A stretch of 64,000 bases of DNA, from assembly GCA_964016885.1 (NCBI GenBank), contig OZ024741.1, positions 139,190,001 to 139,254,000 on the forward strand, in the 5' to 3' direction. Of this stretch, positions 42,400 to 56,578 are shown in pieces; positions within the stretch are counted from its first letter, which is position 1, and every line of letters begins with the position of its first letter. Under the pieces are notes generated by a model. That model made no database searches. It saw only the letters and a list, made by a program, of their open reading frames with translations, and was not told the DNA's origin. A program made the position numbers and the translations under genes. This DNA is from Eledone cirrhosa. Lineage: Eukaryota.

Positions 42400-43556
42400 A
42401 GAACAAAGTAGATTTGTTACATATGAGATGTCTTGCTTAACCCAGTTACGAATGTGTCCCACGTAGCCGGCTCGTGATCTGGGCGTCATCATCCCAGACC
42501 AGATTCTAAGTCTGCATGATCTTCAGGCCAGTGTTAACACCACAAACATCACGCCAAATCTGATGACGAACCAGTCAGATACAGATTCTAGGCCCGTGAT
42601 TGATCATTCATAAAGATTAAAGAAAAAATAGAATATACTTACTGCTGAATTAAAGCTAAATGCTATCTATATTTATGTTCAAAATAAATGTATTTAAAGC
42701 AGAATAAAGTCGAATACAATAAAGGCACACATTAGTAAACATAGCAATTTGCCGCGAAACTAAAACCCCTCTGGGGTATTAAAATATATTTGAAACAAAA
42801 AGTTCATATAATATGAATATATGTGAAGAAAATCTTTCACATTCATCTAAAAATCTACAGAAAAATCATTTATCGCAACAAATGGTTTACATTTCACGTC
42901 ACTAAATCTACATTAATGCTCAGTATGTATATCTGCACTGTCTTTAAAGCGTTTCAACTCTTTGACAGGATAAAGCAAATTTTTATTTCGGTTTTCGCTT
43001 TCATTTTAATGACAATAAAAATGAAATAGTGATTGAAAAAATACATCAATAGAATTATTTTACAAATTGTTGGATTTTGCTTATTCCATGCTGCACATTT
43101 TATACATATCCACCAGTAGTAAAATACCACTGGAAACTGTCTTGATGCCATATAATTCCAAATATATTGCATGGTTTGCATTCGTTCCTCTCATAAACTA
43201 AATTCAAACAATGCCACAAAAGAGAGAGAGAACGTTCAATTTATCAGATATATACAACAGAAAACGGATTCTAGTTTAAAAAAATCTTTAAGTTTATGTT
43301 TAAATAGACATCGAACAGTTTTACGATCGTGGTGCAAAATTAAAACCAATCATAAACTCGACACAAACATTCAATATTATTGCAATGAATACTCTTTTGT
43401 GTTTATCTGTGATAGTCTTAATTTTATTTTAATGTAATTTCTTAAATTGGATTTAATTCTCATTCTTCGTGGAATAATATCACAACATTTATATCATTGT
43501 AAATTTTAAAACAATTCAGAAAACAGTTGTTATAAAATTTGTCGATGACAGGCAAA

Positions 43557-43598
<42 letters not shown>

Positions 43599-43854
43599 AG
43601 GAGAATATCCGACTAGATAGTGCACTCGGCTCACAATCTAAAGGTCATGAGTGGTGTCCCTGAACAATAAAATGTGTTTCCCGTTGCTTCAACGAAAATA
43701 AAGTTATACCTGTAATTCAAAAGGCCGGCATTGTCATAAACTGTGTCAGGCTGCATTTACACATGTACTCCACTAACCGTAGACTTATTGGTCGAATGGT
43801 CATCGAAGTATACATTGATTTCATGAAGTGGTTGTTTTGTCGAAAAAAAATGCA

Positions 43855-44270
43855 AATATCTGGATGAGGACTGTCGTGCATCCCTTCTACGTGTCATTCA
43901 TGACAATCTGAATATACGCGAAGTTTGTGCACATTTCTTGTGATTCCCTGAATACTCAATGAAGATCAAAGGCGCGTTGATGGCACCAGGAAAATGTCGA
44001 GTGGATTGCTACGAATCCAGGTGTATTTGAGTAATATGGTAATCCGTGACAAGAGCTGGATTTAGAGTTCACGAGACACAGTTCCCAGTGGAAACATTCT
44101 GAATCCCCAAGATCCAAGAAGGCCAAGTAGAGCAGGTCCGCTGGAAAGCATATGATGATAACATTCTTCAAGCGCACAAACATCATTTACATCCACCGCA
44201 GTCAGACGGTCAACAAAGAGCACTATGTAGAGGTTTTGAGGCAGTTTAGAAAGTGATTTCGTCGGACTAG
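43855..44270 (+). pseudogene. Tc1/mariner transposase remnant
   Basis: SQWKHSESPRSKKAK*SRSAGKHMMITFF..QTVNKEHYVEVLRQFRK, and HDNLNIREVCA upstream. Confidence 0.75.
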
Positions 44271-44484
44271 AAGGTGGCCTTCTAAAGGGATTTAGAGGAG
44301 TAGAACTAACTGGAGCGCTACATCAAGTTCAGTGATGTTCGAGGTTTCTTCTCTGAAGGAGACTGGAGTTTTGGGTTTATCTGAGTTGTATAAATGGCTC
44401 TGATAAAATTCTGAAAATCTTTTGTTTATATATCGTATATATATATATAAATAAATATAAATATATATATCTATACACATGTAT

Positions 44485-44524
<40 letters not shown>

Positions 44525-44607
44525 TTGAGTATACTTGAGTGGCAACATCTGATGATATATATATATATATCATCAGATTTTGCCACTTTTAAACTTCACA
44601 TCACGGG

Positions 44608-45250
44608 GGTGAATAACTAATAATCGTTGGGTACACGCGATGATCCGACGGATGTGGTGGTTTTCCCGATTGTACGACAGGCGCTCTTGTCTATCAGCCT
44701 TCCTAGAGTGCTTGGAAAAATAAATTTCCCCTTTTTTCAGTAAACGAAAATACTCGGAACGGGTGTTTCATCCTGGGGCCCTTGTCAGATTTGGAATCCG
44801 CCGTGCCACCGGTTATTGACCATCAAACAGTACTTTTAAATTCAAGGCTTAAACATAACTTTAAATTTTATCATGCCTCCTTCTACTATCCCTTAACTAA
44901 ATCCCCCACCAGTGTGAATAACTAATAATCGTTTGGTATAAACGTTAACCAGCCGACGCTGGCAGACTTCCCGCTAGCACCCCCGCCGCTTGAGAGAGTT
45001 AACATTCCTGGAGTGCTCGGAACAATTAAATTTCCTTTTTTTCGCTAGACGAAAATACTCGGAACGGTTGACACACCGTTGGGCCCCGGGCTGGCCGGGG
45101 GTCCACAACGTCGCTGGTTAATGACCGCTAAGCATGGGCTTAATCTTTACTCTATATTCTACCATGAAACTTTCTCGTGACTATCTAAAATACACTTAAA
45201 TTTTTCATAAACGCCTCCTTCTGTAAATTCTTTAACTAAATCTCCCAACT
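44608..45250. repeat. diverged tandem dimer of about 303 bp
   Basis: gtgaataactaataatcgtt and gaaaatactcggaacgg are repeated about 303 bp apart. Confidence 0.8.
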
Positions 45251-45670
45251 TCAATCCTAAATCCTACTTTTCTAATTTCATCTTAAATGGCATCTTTTAA
45301 CTCTAAGTATAAATTTAACATATCTAATTGTTAATCGTAATTTCTGACGCTACGATATACTGTGCAGACGCCCATTATATATAGCTTTGTTAAAGATATA
45401 TGCATTTGATAAAAAAATGTTCATGGCACTTTCTAGCACTTCTGACCAGTTTGAATGTAACCTGATCTCACCGCTGGCCTCTGTCTATGACGGGGTGGTA
45501 GGAGTACACTATGAGCCTACGCTCCTTCACCAGAAGGACATAAGAAGACTTAATAATCATCACTGGAGGGCGGCTGACCGGGCTAGAAGCTGCTAAATTT
45601 TCGGCCGCCCTCATGTCTCTGCTTTTCAGCCCATGGATTATGTTTATTATATTCTTTTGCTAAATTTCGA

Positions 45671-45728
45671 ATACCTGATGATGTCACCGGATTCATACTG
45701 AACCTTGTCATTGAAATGATCATAGTAT
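45671..45728 (+). ncRNA. type I hammerhead ribozyme in pLTR end
   Basis: atac-CTGATGA-extended stem II-GAAA-tgatca-TA-gtat. Confidence 0.75.
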
Positions 45729-46018
45729 AATAAACCTTTTAAGGAATTACAAAAGTCCAGCCTCCTGTTATATTATGATAACTAACTCCGTACTCGCACC
45801 ACCAACAACACAAACGAAGACGGGTGAGTTGTATTACGTCGAGTGCTCTCCCTAATATTACATCAAGATTGACCATACGGAATGACCAGTTCTATCCAGT
45901 GGTGAACCAACAAACCTAAATAAATATATACATATATATATATATATACATATATATATACATATATATATATGTATACATACGTATATGTGTGTGTGTG
46001 TCTGTATATATATATATA

Positions 46019-47360
46019 GGTGAGTTTTATTGTAGCACAATAAAACAATGCAAATATCAGATAAGTAGCACTCCACAGTTAAATATAAGATTAAAAAATG
46101 GTTAAAAGTGTTCCAAGAATTTTATTATTTCAAAAACAAATATCATCATGGGATGATATTTGCGTTCTCATCAGATAAAATAGGGAGACATGATATGAAG
46201 CTTAAAAAACACTTGCGAGCAGTGAAGTGTTAAATCAACACATGAAAAATAAAGTAAGATGGATATATGAGATTGGGAAAAAAAGGCGGTGGGTAGGAAA
46301 AGGTAAGGAAGAGGAAGAAAGAAAAGGATTACGGGGGAGGAATATATGAAGGAGGATAAATTAGTGACAGAGAGAGAGAAATAGCCTTTAAAACAGAAAA
46401 AACATTGTCTCACAGGGAAAAATTAAAAAAACCGTTGAAAGAAAATAGATAATTTTAAAAGATTTTGAAATTAAAAGTTAATGAGGTTCAGGAATGGTGA
46501 TGTTTATGATTAAAGAAAAAGGAATTAAGAAAGGTATTTATTTAAGGTTCAAATATTGAAGGATTTAATAATATGTGCGAAAAAAGAATTTATTAATATG
46601 TATTATTAAAATAAAATATTAAGGATATAATATGAGTGAAGGAGAGATTAAATGAATTATGAATTTAGAGGAATTAGTTAGGGTTTAAGTTTGTTTTTAT
46701 GTATTGTAATATGTAAAAGTAGATAATAGGTTTAATATGAGCACCGAAGGAGAGAAGAAAGGGGAGAGTTTAAGGAAGAAAAAATATATATAGTCAAAAA
46801 ATATATATGTTTACAAAATTTACTAATGGTAATATTATTATATATTAAGACAAATATAGTTTGTATGGCCAAGAATAAAAGGTAAAATGAAAAATGCATA
46901 GTGAGTAATAATATGAATTAAGAAGTAATTGAGAAGTAAAAGTTACAGATTAAAGATTAGAAATTAAAAAAGAAAAAAGGAAGAAAGGAAAAAGAATAAA
47001 AAGAAGAAAGATTGAGGATCACAACGACATACAATGGGTAATTTGTGTAATATAAGATACTGAAATAAGGTAGAAAGATGGGTATATTTGTAAAAGATAT
47101 AAAAGCGTTTGAGAAAAGAAGATTTTAAAACTAATTTATGGAAAGTACTATGGGATTTATGCAAGCAGAGCGAAAATAAATCCGTACGACTATTTATTAT
47201 AGAATTAAAATTAGATATAATGGTAAATTTTTCGGCTAGGCAGAGAATACATGTTCTGGATAGGGAAGAATTCCGGTAAGGAAAGGCGTTGCAGACCTTC
47301 CTCCAAGAGATGTTATAGTTAATATTTTTGTCTTTTAAGGACTCATATGCTCCTACAATA
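46019..47360 (-). mobile_element. Naiad-type PLE 3' fragment
   Basis: LKDKNINYNISW..PY..CILCLAEK..INSRTDLFSLCLHK; terminus 46019-46150 is homologous to 55573-55730. Confidence 0.8.
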
Positions 47361-47444
47361 AAGGAATGTCTGCGGGATTGCGTACGGTTTATTTTTTTTT
47401 TCATCCCGTTTATAAAATAAGTTGGATTACTTTGAATAAATAAT

Positions 47445-47623
47445 TGTTTCTACATTTGGCACAAGGCCAGCAATTAACTAGTGCATTACTGGTACTTTAT
47501 TTTATCAACCCCGGAAGGATGAAAGGCAAAGTTAACCTCGGCGGGATTTGAACTCAGATCATACAGACAGGTAACTCTATGCTTCAAAGCATGTCGTCCG
47601 ACCCTCTACCGATCCACCGCCTT
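47445..47623 (-). mobile_element. SINE with 18-bp TSD
   Basis: ttactttgaataaataat at 47427-47444 and 47624-47641. Confidence 0.85.
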
Positions 47624-48239
47624 TTACTTTGAATAAATAATGAATGAATATTACATAATTCATCTACTCAATTTCGTAAACAAAAATAATTTCGTAAAAA
47701 TAAATAATTTCAAATTAACTTCTTTTCAAAATTGCACTTCCGGTATATCGCCGCCACCACCACTACTTCAACTACCAGATATATATAGAAAGAGAGAGTT
47801 TGTGATGAGAGAGATAGAGAGATTATGACTTTCTGCACGCTGACGCGTATGGTTGGACACATGTATACATTGATATGTATATAACTATTATGAGTATATA
47901 ACTATAATCGCGCAAACACAAACTTATAAAAATACACTCTCACGGACATAATTCTCACAAATACACATACTTTCACAAAAATATACATACATTCAAACAT
48001 ACTTTCACACAAACATACATTCATTCACACATACTTTCACGCAATTATGCATAAATTCACACAAATATACATACATTTACACAGACATACATACATTCAC
48101 ACATATACATTTACACAAAGATACATGCATTAACACATATACATTTACACAAACACACACATACAGTCATGATAGCGTTCGGTGAATTGAAGATGGGAGG
48201 ATAAAACAAGTTTAATGTTTTATTTATTTATTAACTCTT

Positions 48240-48890
48240 TTATTTTTAAACTCATTTAATATAATGGTTACAGAACGAAAACACTAACACATATAATATA
48301 TACAAAGGAAAGGGAAAGGAAAAAAGAAAAAGAAAAAATACACAAGCAGGTAATACACAGATCTTGGACCCCATAGAACAAAATGCAGACGAAAGGGTCG
48401 CAAAACAAGCCACTACCAGAGCAAAAGATAGCAATATAGAGAGGAGCACTGGGAAACCTCTCTAATAATGTTTGAGGCAAGCCAATACGCTCGTAGCGTT
48501 ACCTAGGGTGATGGCGAGGCTGAGGTGCTGGAACAACCAAGTTCCCTTACAAACATCACCATTTACCTCTGTTTGGCGAGCCGCCAGTGATGATAAGAAC
48601 CTCGCTGTCAGGAGCCCGACTGCCCCAACGGGCTGGATATTGTAGTTAGCTGACAGAACACGGTATTGTTGGAATTTGTTCCGTGCAGCTGCGGATGCTG
48701 TAGGTCTCGCCTTTACCTCTGCATCCAGAATGTGGGAGAAGCAAACGAGTCACTAACTGTGACGTCTCAGGCAAGGCACCGGCTTCTTGACCAGGAGCAC
48801 AGAGTAAGACCGTCAAGTTTCACATCAATTCAGGACAAACAAGACGGTTCCAAAATTTAGGGGATGTTTGCCCGGGTCAAAGCTCTTGAG
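48240..48890 (-). mobile_element. CRE-clade non-LTR 3' fragment (RLE)
   Basis: LDGLTLCSWSRSRCLA*DVTVSD and WLFQHLSLAITLGNATSVL. Confidence 0.75.
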
Positions 48891-49049
48891 TGGTAATAGG
48901 ACAGTATGTGTATGTGCTCGTGCGTGAGTTTGTCGGCATTCTTAAATTAGAGACACGTGTGTGTGTGACACTGTTTTTAAGTTACATACATCTATGTATG
49001 TATCCCTTTCCTTTCTTTTATACACACATACATTCACACAAACACACAT

Positions 49050-51438
49050 ACACATTGCGCGATGGACGAGTGGACAGATGTCCCTCAAATTTATATACAT
49101 GTGAATGGAGTTCAACTGAAGCAGTTAGAGAAGGTCAAGTATCTTGGAGCCGTATTAATCAGTGATGGAATACAGAAGGCTGAATTAAATGCAATAATTG
49201 CAAAAGCTGATGCAGTAAAGCGCCAGCCTCAGCAATCATATGAAGGGGGGGTAGGTGTAAAAGCCAAACTCGCTGCCTCCCCGGTATTCCTGCCAACTCT
49301 TACCGAGGATCATGAGTCTTGAGAAATGACCAAAAGAATATAATTGCAAATTAAAAAAATATAATCTATATATATAAAACTCAGGTTGTCTGTCTGTCTG
49401 TCTACTAAATCCGTCGACACACATCTCCTCCTAAACCGTACGTTCAAATTTCGGTGAAATTGCTACACTTATAGATGAAGGTCCGGCGGAAACATCGGTC
49501 AAACACATTTTCAAATCGAAACACGCCAAGTGCAAAAAATCGAATTTGTAATGTAATGATTTTTCGGTTCACATGTATAAATAGAGATAAGAGATGAGTT
49601 ATTTCCCTTTTATGGCGTCATTTGCTTATCTATTTATGTTACGTATAAACGACACGGTGGACCGAGAAGAACATTTCATGCAAAGACTAGACCATGGAGT
49701 CGTTAGACTAATATTCCTATTTAAAATAACCGAATGATTTCCAGCCCCGAAGTTTAAGAATAATGTAAATAAAATTGTAAACGAAAATAACGGAGGTTAT
49801 TAAAATAGTTGTTTCTACTTTTGGCACAATGCCAGCAATTAACGAGTACATTACTGGTACTTTATTTTATCGACCCCGTAAGGATGAAAGGCAAAGTTAA
49901 CCTCGACGGGATTTTAACTTAGCCTTAACATAGTAAAGGTAAATAGTGAATATTTAGGCCAGTACATACGTATGTGCCGAGAACATACAAATACATATAC
50001 ATACGCACACACAAATACATACCCCCCCCCCCCGACACACACACGTAGCCCTGGAGTTTAAGAATGATGTAAATAAAATTGTAAACGAAAAAACAGGTTA
50101 TTAAAATAGTTGTTTCTACTTTTGGTACAAGGCCAGCAAATACTCAGTACATTACTGGTAATTTATTTTATTGACCCCGTAAGGATGAAAGGCAAGGTTA
50201 ACAATATTTCAGCGCATCAGCCTCGCCATCACCCGAGACAACGCTGCGAGTGTGCTGGCTTGCCTCAAAATTAGAGAGGTTGCCCAGTACTCGCCACGTT
50301 GTTGTCTTTTGCTCTTGTGTTGGTTGCTTTATTCACCCATTCCTTTACATTTTCTTTAATATTGTAGCATTGAAGGAAGATATCTCTCATTGTATCATCC
50401 TTTGTAGTGTTACCGAGATATTTGTAATGTTACTTATGTATATAATTAAAACATATTTGTTATGTTATTCTAAGGTTAATTTATTTATATACTCTGTTTA
50501 TATTTTCATTCTCACTACCCTCAAAAATCTATGAAACTACATACATGATGCAACTCTCTCTATATATATATCACACACACACATATACATATACATCTAA
50601 AGAGAGAAAGGGAGATGTAGAGAGAGAAAGTGAGATAGGTCGTTATTAAGAGAGAGAGGTACAAGATAATCAGATGATCAGAGAGAGAGAGAATGGCGAC
50701 GAACGCTGGTTCACACACACACACAAAAACACATATATATATAAAGAGAGAGAGAGAGGGGGGATATAGATAGATAGAGAGAGGGTATGAGTGAGAGAGA
50801 GAGATAGAGAGAGGGGGTATGGGAAAAAAGGGAGAGAGGTTGACTAAGAAAGAAAGTTTAAGCAAAGAATCGCTGCTTTCAACATTAACGGGATCTTCTT
50901 AAACTAATAAAGTCAATCTGTTATCGCAGAATTACAGGCAGACGATATTTTGGTTCGTGAAGACGTTCCCTGGCAATGAACAGGAAAAAAGCGAGGATAA
51001 TACGTCGCTATGTGGACCGAGAAGAACAATTTCATGCAAAGACAAGACCAAGTTTATGGTGTAAATGGAGTCGTTAGACTAATATTCTATTTAAAATAAC
51101 GGAATGATTCCCAGCCCCGGAGTTTAAGAATGATGTAAATAAAATTGTAAACGAAAATAACAGAGGTTATTAAAATAGTTGTTTCTGCTTTTGGCACAAT
51201 GCCAGCAATTAACCATTACATTACTGGTACTTTATTTTATCGACCCTGTAAGGATGAAAGGCAAAGTCAACCTCGACGGGAATTTAACTTTGCCTTAAAA
51301 TAGTAAAAGTAAATAGTGAAGATTTAGGCCAGTACATACGTATGCGCCGACGGACATACACAGACATATACATACGCACACACAAATACATACACACACA
51401 CAAACACACACACACACACACATACACCCCCCCCCACA

Positions 51439-51480
<42 letters not shown>

Positions 51481-52292
51481 TGTGTGTAAACCTTATGCAT
51501 TTCTACAGTATTTTCACCAAATTAAGACAGGTTACTCATGTACTCCGCATGGTCATGGGCACTATCATTTTTCCAGATATTGATTATATGGCCTCTCGGC
51601 AGATAACCCCCTTTAACAACTTCCTTGGAGTTGACTGAAGCACTGCAGTGCAATGCAACAAAAGGTCATAGCTTCTGGTGTTCGCAACGTATTTTCACAA
51701 AACCTGACACATGGGCTACGTTTGTTCTACAGATGAATGTGAACTCTCAGAATTGGCACATATTGAGTAAGGGACCCATGGGGGCAGGAAACCCCTTTTA
51801 GAAAAAGCCGATGATTTTGTAAAAGTATAGTTTTCGAAACAGCACTGAAGTATAGACATAAATGGTATACATAACTGCTATTTAATACCCGAGCAACGCC
51901 GGGTACCTCTGCTATTTGCAAATAAATGTGGTAGAAATGGGATTCCCGCGACAGGTCTTTGGAGTAACGTTACTCGATAAAGTGCATAACTCAGTGACCA
52001 GAGAGTCACTCCTGGTAGAGCCATTATTTCTCTGAATTGAGAGATCACAACTCCGATATTATGAGCATGTGGTTAGAATGTCTCAGTAAAGAATCGCTGG
52101 ACACATTTTACAGGCAAAACCAACCGCAAGAGACACATAGTTAGAACCTGAGCAAGATAGTTGGATAACACGCTTTGGGATCCAGCTGGATCAGTTAGAG
52201 ATGTTCGCTTCTGACAGACTCGCTGGAAGGAGTGTTTGATAAGGACTCTGCCCCCACAACCCTCTCAGAAATAAGTGGGCGAAGAAGAAGAT
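49050..52292 (+). mobile_element. RTE LINE 3' fragment split by a Helitron
   Basis: Left part VNGVQLKQLEKVKYLG..PTLT..HES..MT..LQI; right part EMGF.RQVFGVTLLDKVHNS..HVVRM; GAA tail. Confidence 0.75.
49365..51915 (+). mobile_element. non-autonomous Helitron with repeated cargo
   Basis: 5' a|TCtatatatataaaa followed by (gtct)n; 3' hairpin tacccg/cgggta at 51886-51905, then CTAT (degenerate CTAG). Confidence 0.75.
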
Positions 52293-53118
52293 ATTGTCAA
52301 TTTACTTTTCAATTTACATATATCTATATGTATATATATTTGCGTATAATACCAATATGCATACTACATATGCTGGGAGAAAACCGCCCGGGGCGGTTTT
52401 TCTATTAGTTCTTTAAATAATAATATGGCTCCATGTACACAGTTGTTTTGATCAATTCTTTTAGATTGGCATCATTACTTAATAATGATTCCCTGTCAAA
52501 TTTGTATAGAACGAACTCCAATTAATTCTGACTATAATAAACATATACAATATAGAAACATATATAATAACAAACATATACAATCTATCAAAATATTTCA
52601 GATTATAATTATGGTTATCGGGTTGATTTACATTTTTGCAATGGTTATTTAATTGTGTGCAAGTTAAATCCTACATCCGCCTTGATAATTTCAGATCAAA
52701 ACAGTTTCACCTTGACCGTTTGATCAATGATGTCTAATGTAAAGTTTCTAAAACATTTTGTATTACTTTCAAATGTAAACATATGCGTCTCTCCCTAGGG
52801 GGATAGAAACAGTTTCGGATTGTTTCGAAAATTGTCCAGTGGTCGTAGGCACACGTATTACCACGAGGCGTATATATTTTCTCAGGTAACTTTCTGTTAA
52901 ACATTGCAAATACTGGCTAATTCGAATAACTCAAATTGTGAGTACTTTAATGTTTTCATATTGTAAGTTAGTGAATCCTTAATTTTCCTCCGCTTCACTC
53001 AGAAGGTTCTTGCTTGAATCTGTTGCCTTGCAATTCAACCTCTGCGTGTGCTACGGAATGATTTGTTGAGTAAAGTGGAAGCAACGATATCCAATCTATA
53101 CCCATATGATATATATAA

Positions 53119-53180
<62 letters not shown>

Positions 53181-53184
<4 letters not shown>

Positions 53185-53474
53185 GGGGTGTAGAGGTGCA
53201 AGATAATAGCGTCCGTAGCCGGTATGCCGGGTGGGCACTCGACGTTCTCACAAAGCAGAGTTATATAATAGAATAAGATTAAAGGAACAAAGAATCAAGG
53301 TTGCATCAGAATATATTTAATAACATATTACATATGTTTCGCTGTCGATCAGCTCGAGTGAGGTTCGATCAATAATAGATCGTTCCTCCAGCTGATCGAC
53401 AGAGAAACATATGTAATATGTTATTAAATATGTTATGATGCAATACTGATTGTGTGTTCCTTTATTCTTATACT
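53181..53474. mobile_element. pLTR hairpin element in (TA)n
   Basis: Imperfect arms at about 53274-53354 and 53390-53470; GAAA-catatg-TA hammerhead half. Confidence 0.75.
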
Positions 53475-53585
53475 ATATATATATATATATATATATAGAT
53501 ATACATATATATACAGAGAGAGAGAGAGAGAAAGGGAGAGAGAGACACACATACAAGCACACACACACAAACACACACACACACA

Positions 53586-53657
<72 letters not shown>

Positions 53658-53887
53658 CGTACAAGATCTGAATTATTGTCACAGTTTCTCCGCCTTTAAA
53701 ATTAAAAGGGTTGTTTATCACGAAAGAGAAACAAAAGCTTAGTAATGTTATTAGATGACATGCCGATGAAAGGTGCAAATCTAAAACTTCCAGGCGGCAT
53801 CAGAGAATCTGTTGATAGCTACATGTATAAGAAGCTGGGAGATGGTGATACAGACACAGACACATACATGTATAATAGAGAAATATT

Positions 53888-54073
53888 GGTTTCTTATATA
53901 GGCACAAGGCCAGTGATATTGAGGGAGGGAAAATTCCATTAAATCGACCCCAGTGCGTGACAGGTACTTTATTTTATCGACCCCATGATGATGAAAGGCA
54001 AAGTTAACCTCGGCGCGATTTGAACTCAGATCATGGCGTCCAACTCTCTACCGATACTGCCAATCTACCGCCC
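53888..54073 (-). mobile_element. SINE with 19-bp TSD
   Basis: tgtataat(a/g)gagaaatatt at 53869-53887 and 54074-54092. Confidence 0.8.
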
Positions 54074-54894
54074 TGTATAATGGAGAAATATTACACTCAA
54101 ATTAGGTGTCATGTCCTCACATACGTCACTGTATAGATTACGCCATCTACACAGGGGAGTGAAAATATGTAATATATTTAAAGAACGATTTACTGGAAGT
54201 GCCAGTGAGACATTCCGCGTTATTACAGGCATGTACAAAAATATTTCAATGTAATTTTCTGCTCATGAAAAGCCGTGACAAATCAAATAGAACGTGACGC
54301 CAATATCAATGTATAAATATCTGGAAGGATAATTTAAAAATAACACACACAAATACACGTGTACTCACTCACAGACGCACAGATACACACACAAAAATAT
54401 TAGGTAGTTCATTATTGATTATATTATTAGTGTTATAGTTTCAGAACTTCAGAACTATATTTGTTTTTGTATTTTACGACATTTATTTCATTAAAGAAGA
54501 AGTGGCGAGTGTGGTTGTTTTTAAGACAAGTTTGTCAAAGGACTGAAAATGATTTGTTTCAACGTATGTGCCTGAATACCAATTATCATATGGAAACACA
54601 AACGCGCATATATAGTTAGATTTATACTCTCTCTGAAACAAACAAAAATATATATATATATATATACATACATATATGCCTGTTTTTATATGTGTTTCGA
54701 ATATACAGTTCAAAACTGTTTAAATAAAATAATTGAACAATGTGGTAATGTTAGAAAATTATGATGCTTGCGGAGAAAATATTATTTCAAAAGCTAGAAT
54801 AATGAATTGCGAGTGCATATACATACACACACATGCCCCTACCACACAAACACGCGCCGCACACGCACACACACTCATACACATATATATGGTG

Positions 54895-55495
54895 GCTGCC
54901 AACTCGTTTTCGAGTACGGCCACTACTTTATATCCATGTAGGAGAACCCCTACCGATACGCTGAACGAGTGTGACTTTTTAGTCCAGCCAGCGACTTGAA
55001 AACTCTGGTACAAACACTACTCTTGTGACAATTATTGACACATACTGCTGGGCCCATGGGAACATGTGACGAGTAGTGCAGAGAGATCTCCAGATATAAA
55101 GCAATGCCTGTGCCGTGAAGCTTTTATAGTGAGCAAAGGCACTACACAAAGCCAGTCCCACTCTCTTAACCAAGATGATATTTACCAAAAAGAAGAACAA
55201 GTCAACATCATAGGATACCATCAGGGTTGCAGGTGTTATATCAGTGTTTTCCTTCTCCTAGAATTCTGCCTTGACAAAGGCTAAGGGGTCAACTCTCCCG
55301 GTGATTTCGGATGGCCATTGACTCTTAAGAGCTCATTTGCCCTTTGACAGGTTTTGTTTTTAGTCCAGCAGGATGTCCAAAGTCACCCTCCTTACCAAGA
55401 AACCTTGGTGGGGTTGCCAGTTTAGTCGCCAACGACCCGACCATGAGACAGGTTGTACTGGGATACATGTTACCAGTAGCATCAACTGGTGGCCT

Positions 55496-55498
<3 letters not shown>
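54895..55498 (-). mobile_element. probable RTE-type 5' UTR fragment
   Basis: Minus-strand aaggca..ctaggagaaggaaaac and ggcgactaa motifs resemble RTE leaders (from memory). Confidence 0.45.
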
Positions 55499-55568
<70 letters not shown>

Positions 55569-55569
<1 letters not shown>

Positions 55570-55832
55570 GGAGGTGAGTTTTATTGTTGTACAATAAAGC
55601 AATGCAGATATCGGATAAGAAGCACTCTACAGTTTGTGGGACTGGAGTATGCATAATATAAGATCAAAAGATGGTTAAAGGAGTTCCATATATTTTATTA
55701 TGCGCATTTCAAAAACAAACATCATCATGCAATAATGAAAACACAAATATTATTGCATGATGATGTTTGTTTTTGAAATGCGCATAATAAAATATATGGA
55801 ACTCCTTTAACCATCTTTTGATCTTATATTAT
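55569..55832. mobile_element. mini pLTR hairpin of the 46019-47360 Naiad family
   Basis: Perfect 84-bp arms 55653-55736 and 55749-55832. Confidence 0.85.
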
Positions 55833-55851
55833 ATATATATATATAATATAA

Positions 55852-55953
55852 ATCCCGCCGAGGTTAACTTTGCCTTTCATCCTTACGGGGTCGATTAAAT
55901 AAAGTACCAGTAATGTACTGGATAATTGCTGGCCTTGTGCCTAAAGTAGAAAC

Positions 55954-55958
<5 letters not shown>
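55852..55958 (+). mobile_element. SINE copy, opposite orientation
   Basis: Reverse complement of the ggcacaaggccagc...aacctcggcggg core. Confidence 0.8.
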
Positions 55959-56014
<56 letters not shown>

Positions 56015-56504
56015 CCCCTCATATTTATATACCCCATATTAATCCCCCCATATATATATACATATATGACAATAATTCTGTGATAATTCAATACTTACAA
56101 AACTGCCGACGAAATAATATCCATATATATTTCAGATTTAGCACAAACATAATAACATGGGGAGACATGATTATAGAATGAGAGGTCCCCCTACTTAATG
56201 ATTGGTGTATTGAACGCATTGTCTTATCAGTTTATTACATCGACTGTTGACGTGATGAATAATATCACTTTGCATAGGTGTGAGTTAGACACAAACACGC
56301 GCACATACAGACAAATATGTTACATAACCGTATTACTCAAGATGGAGTGTGATGTAGATGAGTTCGTGATTTGCGTGATGACTGCATTACGTAATCATGA
56401 ACAGCAGAGACCTCAACATGACGTAATGTTCTCAATGAAATGAGTTATAAATTTCACCATCTGGCATGCGCAATTATCACACAGAAACGCACACACACAC
56501 ACAG

Positions 56505-56569
<65 letters not shown>

Positions 56570-56578
56570 TATATATAT

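Noticed and set aside
49659-51350. CRISPR-like repeat-spacer array
   Set aside because: Long irregular SINE-containing duplications in eukaryotic DNA.
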